From Leptospiraceae bacterium (lineage in GTDB: Bacteria > Spirochaetota > Leptospiria > Leptospirales > Leptonemataceae), in NCBI GenBank assembly GCA_040217195.1, contig JAVJNR010000002.1:128001-192000 (forward strand): a DNA stretch of 64,000 bases, in the 5' to 3' direction. Below, in pieces: positions 1-9,372 of this stretch (positions are counted from its first letter, which is position 1; each line of letters starts with the position of its first letter). The notes under the pieces are model-generated. The model was given only the letters and a program-made list of their open reading frames with translations. It did not search any database and had not been told where the DNA came from. A program made the translations under genes and the position numbers.

Positions 1-104
1 AGGAGCTTTTCTGGTAACAAACTATCTACATAGTGTTTCCGGCCCATGGCCGAAGCTCCATAAAGCCTGGTAACATTGATTCTTTCATTTTCCTTTCTCA
101 ACAT
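1..104 (-). CDS. Possible 5' end of a gene running off the left edge (MLRKENERINVTRLYGASAMGRKHYVDSLLPEKL...)
   Basis: Minus-strand frame open from ATG at 104 to the window edge, divergent from the ADH-like gene; no recognisable motif. Confidence 0.3.
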   Translation of the reverse strand, partial: MLRKENERINVTRLYGASAMGRKHYVDSLLPEKL

Positions 105-185
105 TATATGAAAGCGCTGCAGCTTTTCCAGCTTATCCGCCGATACCTGTATTGAGGCTTCCTGAAGATATTCAGAAATATTTAA

Positions 186-1343
186 ATGTTCGATTGGGTC
201 CATTTTCAATATCCCGCCCGCATATTCCTGGAAAAAGGCTCCACCCATAAGATTGGTTCGGTGGTGAAAGATCTGGGATCCAGGGTTCTCTTGCTGGTTC
301 TGCAAAATGAGCAGTACAATCCAGATGAGCTTGCTATTATCAAGACAAGCCTGGAACGCTATACCAGCGGCTGCATCATTTATGACGACCTTGAAAAAAG
401 GCCCGGATTTGACGAGTTGGATACGGCTGCTCATTTCATAAAACAGAGCCGGGCAGATTTGATTCTAGCCTATGGAGGTCGGGACACATTTCATACAGCC
501 CGGGCTGTGGCTCTCCTGGCGACGAACGAAGTCTTTGCCAAAGAACTTCCGGAGCGTAGAGAACCACTGAAACGACCTCCCATGCCTGTGATCACAGTAC
601 CAGGAACCTTTACGATGGGCGAAGAAAGCTCGCCCACATTCGTAATGTATGATCATGCATCCGGTGAGCTCTATCATGGAAATGATCCGAGACTATTTCC
701 TGCTGCAGTATTTATGGACCCGGCCATCACCATGTCCATGTCTGAAGCGGAGATTACCCGTACCGGTGTGGCCATTCTAGCAGCGGCAGTGGAGGCCATT
801 CTATCCAAGCGAGCCAATGATTTGAGCAATTCCATGGCCCTGAGAGCCATCGAATTGATTATGCGGAGCCTTCAGAGCCTGGTGAAGGATACCAGCAATC
901 AGAATGCTAGAAACAACATCAGCGTGGCCAATTTGCTTTGCGGTGTGTCTCATTCCAATAGTTGGCTGGGACTTTGTTATAGTATTGCCACCGCTACCAA
1001 TCTGATCACAGGCATGGATTTCATGATGGCCATGGCTATCTTGCTGCCCCACGTAATGGAATACAATCTAACCACTTCCGCAGGCAAATACGTGCAAATT
1101 GCCCGGGCCCTGGAAGAGGATATCCATGACATAACTGTGATTGAAGCTGCGATCAAGGCTGTGGAAGGTGTAAGAAAACTCTATCTGGATTTGAAAGTGC
1201 CTCAGAGACTTTCGGATTTCGAAGTCGACAAAAGCCTTCTACCGGAGATCGCCGGAATGGCCTCGGCCTTTCCTTTGATCAAGAATACACCTCGTGAGCT
1301 GGATCAGAATGAAATTGAAACCATCTTGATCGCCGCCTATTGA
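186..1343 (+). CDS. Iron-containing alcohol dehydrogenase family protein, metal ligands apparently absent
   Basis: Fe-ADH-like layout (PARIF N-terminus, ADLILAYGG, ITVPGT..GEESS, FPAAVFMDP, ILLPHVMEYN, P.RLSDF, TPRELD); expected Asp/His ligands replaced. Confidence 0.85.
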   Translation: MFDWVHFQYPARIFLEKGSTHKIGSVVKDLGSRVLLLVLQNEQYNPDELAIIKTSLERYTSGCIIYDDLEKRPGFDELDTAAHFIKQSRADLILAYGGRDTFHTARAVALLATNEVFAKELPERREPLKRPPMPVITVPGTFTMGEESSPTFVMYDHASGELYHGNDPRLFPAAVFMDPAITMSMSEAEITRTGVAILAAAVEAILSKRANDLSNSMALRAIELIMRSLQSLVKDTSNQNARNNISVANLLCGVSHSNSWLGLCYSIATATNLITGMDFMMAMAILLPHVMEYNLTTSAGKYVQIARALEEDIHDITVIEAAIKAVEGVRKLYLDLKVPQRLSDFEVDKSLLPEIAGMASAFPLIKNTPRELDQNEIETILIAAY

Positions 1344-1520
1344 AGTGAGTCTTGCCTAAGGAATTCGCCTGGAAAACAAACGGGTCATTGGAATCCAACC
1401 CCCCGAATGAGTCAGTTTGCATATGCCGCAGCGCCCCCTTTTTGGAGCCTCCTTCGGATCGAGCATCGTGAGCCCGGCTATATTTAGTTGTCAGTAGGCT
1501 TACGCGGTAAAAAAGGGCAC

Positions 1521-2525
1521 ATGGCACAAATTTATTACGATGATTCCTGCGACCTGAGCGTTCTAAAAGGAAAGACCATTGCTGTAATCGGATATGGCAG
1601 CCAGGGTCATGCTCAGGCCCAAAACATGCGCGATAGCGGTCTGGATGTGGTTATCGGACTGCGCTCCGATTCAAAATCCGTAAAAGTGGCCAAAGAGGAT
1701 GGATTCGAAGTACTGGATCCCGCAGAAGCTAGCAAGAAAGCGGACATAATTCAGGTGCTTGCACCCGATACCATTCAGAGAAAAATCTACGATGAAGCCA
1801 TTGAGCCCAACCTGAAAGATGGGGATGCTCTGGTTTTTTCCCACGGATTCAATATTCATTATGACCTGATCCAGCCTCCGGCTAACGTCGATGTTTACAT
1901 GGTTGCTCCGAAGGGTCCTGGTCATCTGGTTCGAAGAGTCTACCGCGAAGGCGGTGGTGTTCCTGCGCTCATTGCAATCCACCAAGATGCAACCGGAGAT
2001 GCGAAGAAAAGAGCTCTGGCCCATGCATCAGGAGTTGGCGGAGGCCGAGCCGGTATCCTGGAGACCACTTTCCGTGATGAGACTGAAACCGACTTGTTTG
2101 GTGAGCAGGTAGTTCTCTGTGGAGGACTGACATCGCTAATTATGAAAGGTTTCGAGACTCTGGTAGAAGCCGGATATGACCCGGACATTGCCTATTTTGA
2201 ATGCTTGCATGAAGTGAAACTGATTACCGACCTAATCTATGAAGGCGGTATTGCAAATATGAGGGATTCCATTTCTGATACGGCTGAATACGGTGACCTG
2301 ACCCGCGGCCCCAGGGTTGTGGATGACCATGCAAAAGCGAAAATGAAAGAAGTGCTTTCCGAGATACAGAAAGACAAAGGCGGTAAATTCGCAAAAGAAT
2401 GGGTTGAAGAAACCAACAAGGGATACCCTGAGTTCCATAAACTACGCGAAACGGGCAAAAAGCACCAAATAGAAGAAGTGGGTGCTCGTCTGCGAAAGAT
2501 GATGAAATTTTTGAGCAAGAATTAA
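1521..2525 (+). CDS. ilvC: Ketol-acid reductoisomerase (class I)
   Basis: [71 protein letters not shown] at 1521. Confidence 0.98.
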   Translation: MAQIYYDDSCDLSVLKGKTIAVIGYGSQGHAQAQNMRDSGLDVVIGLRSDSKSVKVAKEDGFEVLDPAEASKKADIIQVLAPDTIQRKIYDEAIEPNLKDGDALVFSHGFNIHYDLIQPPANVDVYMVAPKGPGHLVRRVYREGGGVPALIAIHQDATGDAKKRALAHASGVGGGRAGILETTFRDETETDLFGEQVVLCGGLTSLIMKGFETLVEAGYDPDIAYFECLHEVKLITDLIYEGGIANMRDSISDTAEYGDLTRGPRVVDDHAKAKMKEVLSEIQKDKGGKFAKEWVEETNKGYPEFHKLRETGKKHQIEEVGARLRKMMKFLSKN

Positions 2526-2561
2526 GCTCAGTTCTATGGGATGCCGTCGTCCGTGCAGAAG

Positions 2562-2583
2562 AAGCCGCAATGCGGCTTTTTTT
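2562..2583 (+). terminator. Intrinsic terminator of ilvC
   Basis: AAGCCGC-AAT-GCGGCTT hairpin followed by a T-run, 36 nt after the ilvC stop. Confidence 0.8.
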
Positions 2584-2869
2584 GTATCTTCAGAGCCATC
2601 CATTTTCTGAAACAGCTTCGGACCCAGCCAGGGAAGCCGCACGCGATTCGGGTGTAAAGACAGACGTAGAGACAGGTAGGGAAATGACTGATCCGGATCT
2701 TCCGGCTCTGAGCTGGATTTCTTTCCAACCGGGCCGTAATCCGGACCCGGAAATTTTAGCTATTGCATCTATTCCCGGGGCCGACCTATGGGCGGACAGA
2801 AGATCCAATCCTGCCGGACAAGACCATCCCTGTTAGAGCTGAAATCCGATATCAGCCTGCACAGAATCC

Positions 2870-4213
2870 TTAATCGTCACTTAATTCTCTAGCGAACTGA
2901 TTGGACTCAAGTAACAGTTGTTTCTGATTCTCCGGTAGAGTAGCAAAGAGATGCATCAATAGAGCCCGGCTATCCATTACGCTCAAGGATTGTACTTCCA
3001 GTTGTCCGATTCTATCTTCCGGAGTAAATTGAGATTCCGTTTTCTCCATACTGAGGCTTTCCGGATTGTATGTGGCAAATTCCGGATCTGTGCGAACGAT
3101 GCTGTAGTCATTGCCTCTACGCATTTCCAGAGTGACCGTGCCGCTTACGGTGGAGGCAATCCATCCGCTTAATGAACTCTTGAGCAACATAGCTTCATTG
3201 TCATACCATCGGCCTTCGTATAGAATTCGGCCCAGCTTTCTTCCAAGATTGAAATATAGGTCCAGGGTGTTTTCATTGTGTACCGCAGACAGAAGTCTTT
3301 CATAGGCAATGTGTATTAAAGCCATGCCTGGAGCTTCATAAATACCCCGACTCTTGGCTTCTATCACCCGGTTTTCTATCTGATCTGTCATTCCCAGTCC
3401 ATGCCGGCCGCCCACTTCATTGGCTTTGAGAATGAGCTCCGCAGGGTTCAGGCTTTCACCATTGATCTTTACCGGAGTTCCTCGATGGAACTCAATCTCC
3501 ACTGTTTCAGTGTCGATGGATGTTTCTGCTTTCCAGAAAGGAACGCCCATGATAGGATCCACAATATACATGGAGCGATCCAGATATTCCAGATCTTTGG
3601 CTTCATGGGTGGCTCCCAGCATGTTGCTATCGGTGCTGTAAGCTTTTTCGGTGGAGGCTTTGTAGGGCTTGCCTATCTTCTGCAGATACTCGGACATCTC
3701 CTTACGACCGCCAAATTCCTGCACGAAAGCATTGTCCAGCCATGGTTTGTAGATCTGTAGATCTGGATTCATCAAAATTCCATAGCGAAAGAAGCGCTGT
3801 ATATCATTGCCGCGATGCGTTGAGCCGTCGCCGAATATATTCACTTTATCGCCCTTCATAGCTCGAACAATGCTAAGCGTAGTCACGGCCCGCCCGAGGG
3901 GAGTTGTATTAAAATACTTTTGACCACCAGATTGAATGTGAAAGGCGCCGCATTGTAGAGCGGTAATGCCTTCCCTGGCCAGAGCGTCTCTACAATCCAG
4001 CAGCCGTGCTCGGTGGGCCCCATGAGCCAGTGCGCCTTCTGGAATGGTATCCAGGTCAGTCTCATCTGGTTGAGCCAGGTCTGCGGTATAGCAATGGACC
4101 TTTAGCCCCTTTTCATTCATCCATGCAACGGCTGTGCGAGTATCCAATCCTCCGGAATAGGCGATGGCAATTCTGGTTTCCGGTTCCGGTAATGATTTAA
4201 GTATCCTGGGCAT
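2870..4213 (-). CDS. argG: Argininosuccinate synthase (E. coli-like type 2)
   Basis: [65 protein letters not shown]; start placed at ATG 4213 (MPRILKSLP). Confidence 0.97.
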   Translation of the reverse strand: MPRILKSLPEPETRIAIAYSGGLDTRTAVAWMNEKGLKVHCYTADLAQPDETDLDTIPEGALAHGAHRARLLDCRDALAREGITALQCGAFHIQSGGQKYFNTTPLGRAVTTLSIVRAMKGDKVNIFGDGSTHRGNDIQRFFRYGILMNPDLQIYKPWLDNAFVQEFGGRKEMSEYLQKIGKPYKASTEKAYSTDSNMLGATHEAKDLEYLDRSMYIVDPIMGVPFWKAETSIDTETVEIEFHRGTPVKINGESLNPAELILKANEVGGRHGLGMTDQIENRVIEAKSRGIYEAPGMALIHIAYERLLSAVHNENTLDLYFNLGRKLGRILYEGRWYDNEAMLLKSSLSGWIASTVSGTVTLEMRRGNDYSIVRTDPEFATYNPESLSMEKTESQFTPEDRIGQLEVQSLSVMDSRALLMHLFATLPENQKQLLLESNQFARELSDD

Positions 4214-4253
4214 ATTACAAAGTTCCTGAGGGGCCCAGCAAATCAATGTATTC

Positions 4254-4577
4254 TTGACCAGAACTGAGCACAGTGGATCATGCGCCGTGCCTCTCTTCCA
4301 CGAAAATCAGGTCATTACTCTGCAGATCCGAGGAGTGGAATGTGAAGGCCGCATTCTTTACGAAACAAACAATCGAGTGGTGGTGTCTCTGGAGTCGGAC
4401 CTGGTACCAAATTCCGGAGAGAGTATAGAGGGATTCATCCGACAGGGAAACTACCGCTGTAACTTCCAGACCAAGATTCAGACTCGGGAACTGGGTCTCA
4501 GGGACAGAAAGTGGATCCTTGATCTTGCCTATCCACCCACATTCAAACGCTCTCTGGATCCGGCCTTTCGCAAATAA
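4254..4577 (+). CDS. Small hypothetical protein resembling a stand-alone YcgR/PilZN-type N-terminal beta domain
   Basis: 107 aa beta-rich ORF ending LAYPPTFKR; its stop overlaps the next ATG (TAATG); start uncertain. Confidence 0.55.
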   Translation: MTRTEHSGSCAVPLFHENQVITLQIRGVECEGRILYETNNRVVVSLESDLVPNSGESIEGFIRQGNYRCNFQTKIQTRELGLRDRKWILDLAYPPTFKRSLDPAFRK

Positions 4578-7189
4578 TGACTCGGGTATTCCTACTTCTA
4601 CCCAGGCTCGACGCTTTCGATGCAATTGCAAACGATGTACTGGGCATGGCCAGTTCATTGCGTGCTTTCGGTTTACAGCTTACCATAGTGGCCGCCGGTG
4701 GCGCTCTGAAAAAGGAGTTCAGGAAACCAGGAAAAGGAATCTGGAAGAACGCATCGGTGGCGGATTTGCTGATCTATCATTATGGTATTGCCTGGGAAAA
4801 GGGAGATGCTCTTTTCTCTTCGTTTCCGGGACGAAAGGTGTTGCGTTTCCATAATGTTACCCCTGCCGAATTCTATGAACCTTATCATTCAGGCATCGCC
4901 AACGCCTGTCGGGAAGGGCTGCGTAGAGTCTCCCTGCTAAAAGCCGATGAAGCCTGGTGTGTCAGTGATTATAACGCCAGGGTGCTCAAAGATCTGGGAT
5001 GGATTGGACTTACGGAGATTCTACCACCGTTTCACAGAATTGAGGAAATGGCTCAGCTTCCCATAAATGTGTCTGCGCTGGGTAAACAACTCCGCAACCG
5101 GACTCAGTCAAAGCCTAAATCTGATCTCAGACTTCTATTTGTGGGTCGCCTGGTCCCTAACAAGTCTCTGCCCCGGACGATTCGAACACTGGATAATGCC
5201 CTGGCAGCATCAGAGGAACCCGTTTTCGCGAGTCTGCGAATCGTGGGCGACTCTGATCCGGCTCTAAGCGAACACGTGAAAGAGATTCAAGAGGCAGCCC
5301 GAACAGCCAGAAATCTAGTCGTGGAATTTTGTGGGAAGCTCAGTCAGGAGGCTCTGAAAAGGGAGTTTTTGCTGGCCCATGCACTCATAACCTTTTCCGA
5401 GCATGAGGGATTCTGCGTTCCCGTGGTGGAAGCTCTAGCGCTGGGGCTGCCCGTGCTGGCTATGCAATCGGAAGCTGTGCGAAATACCCTGGGTGGATGC
5501 GGCTTTTTTGCAGAAAACGAGAAGGAGCTAGAAGATTCTTTGCAGTCACTGCTATTCGATGAAGTAAAGATCGATGGAAAAATCGAAGATGGAATTCACA
5601 GGTATTATCGAAATTTTCATCCACAGGTATTGTCCCGGCTCCTGCATCGGCTAATCGAAAATCAAATAGATTCAGGATTCCTGGCAAATGAAGAAAAGAA
5701 GAATGCGGCTCTAGGCGAAAGCAAAAAGGAAAGCGAAAGCGAAAACGTAAGCAAAAGCGGGACCTCCGTCGGTTTCAGTCAGACCCACTCCCGGATCGTG
5801 GAGAGTCGTCGAGGAAAAAGGATTGCTCTCATTGTGGCCCGTTTTGGCGAGGAATTTGCCGGAGGCTCGGAAAAGGAGGCCTTTGATTACGCAAACCTGT
5901 TGCGATTGGATGGCTATGACGTGGATGTGCTTACCAGTTGTGCGCGCAGTTCTGAAAGCTGGAAGAACGAGTATTCGCCTGGAATATCTGTGTTGCCACT
6001 GGAAGAAAAGGTAGGCTTTGGATCTGTCATCTCCGGGCCTGAATCCAGGCAAACAACGAATCAGACAACGAATCAGACAACCGGGGAAAAGAAAGTTTCA
6101 TCATCTCAACCCGGCAAGCTTCGAATCCTAAGATTTCCGGTGCTGCAGGAAAGGACCGACTACTGGCATAAGCTGGATGCATTGATCGATGCCTCCGAGG
6201 TTCTGGATTGGATGCAAACCGGAGGATACGCTCTGGGGCTGGAATGGATTCGAGCCCAGGGGCCCTATCAGCCGGAGCTGATACTGGAATTGAATGGGCA
6301 ATACGATCATTATCTGTTTATGACGTATCTCTACTTTCCAGTTCTGATGGGTTCCATGTTAACTAATTGCGAAAGGAACTTTCTAGTTCCAACATTACAT
6401 GAGGAAAGACCAGCTTTATTCAAACCCATGAAGCGATTACCTCTTCGATTTCGCAATTTGATCTGGAATACTGTAGAAGAAGGGGAATTGGCAGGGAAAT
6501 TATGGAATGTAAAGGGAGGCACCGTGGTGGGTGCACCTCTGGATCTTACTTCTCTGGATCAGTTTTCGCAAAAAGATAAGAGAGCGAATGAATCTGATGC
6601 CGGGGCTCTGGCGATCTCAGAGGAGCTTGCAAGCCGGAAGGAAGGGTACCCAGGCTTTGATTCAGCGGAGGCTCTACCTACATTTCTATACATTGGTCGC
6701 TGGGGCTCTGGAAAAGGTACCGATGTGATGATGGCCATGCTCAGGCAATACAATAGCGTCCGTCCCATTCGATTGACGATTCTGGGCAGTGGCAAGGACG
6801 TAAAAATCCCGGGATTCGCAGAAGCACTTGGTTTTGTATCGGAGGAAGTAAAGGCGCAGTTGATCCGATCGGCAACGGCTGTGCTGGTTCCCTCGCCCAT
6901 GGAAAGCTTTAGTATTGTTACTCTGGAAAGTCTGGCACGCAGAACACCGGTAATCGTCAACGGCAATAATCCGGTACTCAAAGGCCATGCCATACGATCG
7001 GAATGCGCCCTCAGTTATGAAGACTCCGCTCAGTTTATGCAATGCCTGGACCGTGCGATTTCCGGCCTGGATTCGAATACTCTAGACAAAGGGATGAAGT
7101 ACGCGCTATCCTACTCGCCTGAAAAAATTAAGGAAAGCCTCAAAGCAGGTATGAGCCTGGGTGAGCCCTTGCCTCGCAAGAAAGAATAA
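4577..7189 (+). CDS. Tandem (two-domain) GT4 glycosyltransferase
   Basis: Two GT-B/GT4 modules: LFVGRLVPNK...SEHEGFCVPVVEALALGLPV and FLYIGR..GKG...SPMESFSIVTLESLARRTPVI, joined by a low-complexity linker. Confidence 0.9.
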   Translation: MTRVFLLLPRLDAFDAIANDVLGMASSLRAFGLQLTIVAAGGALKKEFRKPGKGIWKNASVADLLIYHYGIAWEKGDALFSSFPGRKVLRFHNVTPAEFYEPYHSGIANACREGLRRVSLLKADEAWCVSDYNARVLKDLGWIGLTEILPPFHRIEEMAQLPINVSALGKQLRNRTQSKPKSDLRLLFVGRLVPNKSLPRTIRTLDNALAASEEPVFASLRIVGDSDPALSEHVKEIQEAARTARNLVVEFCGKLSQEALKREFLLAHALITFSEHEGFCVPVVEALALGLPVLAMQSEAVRNTLGGCGFFAENEKELEDSLQSLLFDEVKIDGKIEDGIHRYYRNFHPQVLSRLLHRLIENQIDSGFLANEEKKNAALGESKKESESENVSKSGTSVGFSQTHSRIVESRRGKRIALIVARFGEEFAGGSEKEAFDYANLLRLDGYDVDVLTSCARSSESWKNEYSPGISVLPLEEKVGFGSVISGPESRQTTNQTTNQTTGEKKVSSSQPGKLRILRFPVLQERTDYWHKLDALIDASEVLDWMQTGGYALGLEWIRAQGPYQPELILELNGQYDHYLFMTYLYFPVLMGSMLTNCERNFLVPTLHEERPALFKPMKRLPLRFRNLIWNTVEEGELAGKLWNVKGGTVVGAPLDLTSLDQFSQKDKRANESDAGALAISEELASRKEGYPGFDSAEALPTFLYIGRWGSGKGTDVMMAMLRQYNSVRPIRLTILGSGKDVKIPGFAEALGFVSEEVKAQLIRSATAVLVPSPMESFSIVTLESLARRTPVIVNGNNPVLKGHAIRSECALSYEDSAQFMQCLDRAISGLDSNTLDKGMKYALSYSPEKIKESLKAGMSLGEPLPRKKE
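6050..6082 (+). repeat. In-frame 12-bp tandem repeat (about 2.75 copies) encoding QTTN-QTTN-QTT
   Basis: CAAACAACGAAT CAGACAACGAAT CAGACAACC. Confidence 0.85.
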
Positions 7190-7225
7190 AAGTAGGAATG
7201 GATCTCTCACTGACGGTAGTAAGAT

Positions 7226-7705
7226 TTAATAGGAATCCGGGTGCCAGAATTCAGGTTGTAGAGAAAAAAGCAGCAGCCCCGAGCCCGGTGCAGGTCGCGC
7301 AGGTAAATTAATTCCGAGCACCGTCCCCGGGGGAATATAGAACACTGAATCTGAACTTCCCAGGAAATAGGCAGCGATTCTGGCAACGTCTGGCATATGA
7401 AAAACCAGCGCGGCTGCTTCCGTGGGCTTTAGTGAAAGCAAATCACCGGCCACTCCCTCCGGACTGGCGCCGGGCCGAAGCACGGTCCAGGGCTCTGTTT
7501 CACAGGCAAGGGATTGGCTTAGAATAGAAGCTGTCTGATGGGTGCGAACCAGGGGGCTATGAAATACCTTCTGAAATTTCCATCCGGTATTCTTCAAAAA
7601 GGTGCCAAGGGACATTATGTCTTGTTTTCCCTCGGTAGATAGCTCTCTTTGTTCATCTGGATGAGTATTTTCTGCCTCTCCGTGTCGAATCAGTGCAATC
7701 TTCAT
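7226..7705 (-). CDS. sixA: Phosphohistidine phosphatase SixA
   Basis: LIRHGEAE (RHG motif), RELS..G, HSPLVRTHQTA, VFHMP; 159 aa. Confidence 0.88.
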   Translation of the reverse strand: MKIALIRHGEAENTHPDEQRELSTEGKQDIMSLGTFLKNTGWKFQKVFHSPLVRTHQTASILSQSLACETEPWTVLRPGASPEGVAGDLLSLKPTEAAALVFHMPDVARIAAYFLGSSDSVFYIPPGTVLGINLPARPAPGSGLLLFSLQPEFWHPDSY

Positions 7706-7792
7706 AAGTTTAGGGTACCTGCTAACCGATTTTTAGAGCACAGGGAAACAAGCATTTCTTGACGTATCTGCAAAATAAGGAACTTTTGAACC

Positions 7793-8482
7793 GTGAGCCA
7801 GCCCTCTCTTCATGATATCAACGATAACATACAGGTGGCCGTTAAGAACGGACGATACCTGACGCTTAAGACACATCGGATGACCGAGATGGTTGAAAAG
7901 CATATTCAGCATGCTCTGGAATCGATACTGGATAAGACGCAAAAAGGCCCACTTATCCATACTCTTTATACAATCCTCAAGGAGCTGGTTATCAATGGCT
8001 GTAAAGCGAACCAGAAACGGATTTTCTTCGATGAAGTAGGGCTGAATATTAAGGATGCCGTCCAGTACGATGAAGGAATCGCCAAATATCGAGCAACCTT
8101 TAGCGAAAAGATGTCACTTGAGTATGGCATGAAAGCCCGGCGAAAAGGATATTTTGTATTGATTGATTTTCATTTCGATACAGATGGATTGACAATAGAA
8201 GTTGTGAACAACACTCCCATTGCACCGCAGGAAGAAGAAGCTATGCGGGAAAAGCTGAAGAAGGCTATGGGATACAATGACATCGCCGAGTTCTATATGG
8301 ATCAGGCTATGATGGGCGAATCCGAAGGTGCAGGTCTGGGCCTGGCGCTGGTGATCATTCTATTAAAAGGTGAGGGTATCGATCCGAAGCTTTTCCGAAT
8401 CATGATCCGCGAAGACCGTACCATCGCACGGCTGGAAATACCTTTTTCCGAGAAGTTCATAAGCAAACGAGACGTCGCTTGA
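7793..8482 (+). CDS. HATPase/GHKL-fold protein without a HisKA domain (anti-sigma kinase-like)
   Basis: N-box-like ILKELVINGCKAN and G2-box-like SEGAGLGLALV; no H-box, no TM segment. Confidence 0.7.
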   Translation: MSQPSLHDINDNIQVAVKNGRYLTLKTHRMTEMVEKHIQHALESILDKTQKGPLIHTLYTILKELVINGCKANQKRIFFDEVGLNIKDAVQYDEGIAKYRATFSEKMSLEYGMKARRKGYFVLIDFHFDTDGLTIEVVNNTPIAPQEEEAMREKLKKAMGYNDIAEFYMDQAMMGESEGAGLGLALVIILLKGEGIDPKLFRIMIREDRTIARLEIPFSEKFISKRDVA

Positions 8483-8502
8483 TACCTCTCTTCCGACCCT
8501 GA

Positions 8503-9327
8503 ATGAAATCGATTCCCGGGCTTTCTGCCTGTATCATTACCTTAAACGAGCAGGATAATCTGCCGGATTGCCTGCGGTCCCTGGATTTCGTAAGCGAAAT
8601 AGTCATTGTAGACAGTGGTTCCCGGGACAATACTCAAAAGATAGCCAGAGCAGCCGGGGCCCGGCTCTTTAAGCGAGAGTTCGATAACTACATTGATCAG
8701 AAGAATTTTGCCATTCAGAAAGCCCGGGGACCCTGGATTCTATTTCTGGATGCAGATGAGCGGATTGATGTCAGGTTGAATGCTGAAATTAGAAAACTCT
8801 TTAGCGCATCGCCCGGTTCAGATATTAGCAGGGGAAGTTCTCCCGTTAAACCAGAGGTCCGACCGTCTACAGCGGGGTATAAGGTGCCTCGAAGGACTTT
8901 CTATCTGGGTCGGTGGATTCGTCACAGCGGTTGGTATCCAGACTATTCCATCAGATTGTTTCGCAAGGGATCCGGGCAGTTTGAGGGTAGAACGTTTCAT
9001 GAAACCGTAAAAATTCGAGGCCGGGCTGGAAAGCTGCATAATCCGATTCTTCATTTTAGCTACCGTAGTATTCGCCAGCATCTGGATGTGATCAATCGAT
9101 ATAGTGAGCTATTCGCCCGGGAAAGGCTGAGTCTGGGCAAAAGAAATGGAGTGCTATTCAGTCTGGGTAAAGGCCTGATAAAATTTCTGACAATGTATGT
9201 ATGGCGGTTGGGTTTTCTGGATGGACGGGCCGGTCTGGTCATCGCTGTGCTGGGCTCCTACTATAACTTCTTGAAATATATTAAAGTCTGGGAGTATTCC
9301 AGGCGAACGAAGGCCTCGGAGCACTGA
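8503..9327 (+). CDS. GT2 glycosyltransferase (WaaE/KdtX-like, LPS core)
   Basis: LSACIITLNE, VDSGSRD, QKNFAI, WILFLDADE, GWYPDYSIRLF, FHE, GFLDG.AGL. Confidence 0.92.
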   Translation: MKSIPGLSACIITLNEQDNLPDCLRSLDFVSEIVIVDSGSRDNTQKIARAAGARLFKREFDNYIDQKNFAIQKARGPWILFLDADERIDVRLNAEIRKLFSASPGSDISRGSSPVKPEVRPSTAGYKVPRRTFYLGRWIRHSGWYPDYSIRLFRKGSGQFEGRTFHETVKIRGRAGKLHNPILHFSYRSIRQHLDVINRYSELFARERLSLGKRNGVLFSLGKGLIKFLTMYVWRLGFLDGRAGLVIAVLGSYYNFLKYIKVWEYSRRTKASEH

Positions 9328-9372
9328 AAAAAGGAAATGCAAAACTGACATAATGCAATAGATTGGGTTTTC

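Noticed and set aside
2570..2836. 88-aa ORF between ilvC and argG with a weak 48-nt duplication (ATCCGGA...GGGCCG)
   Set aside because: Starts inside the ilvC terminator, has no SD or motif, and the duplication is too degenerate to support
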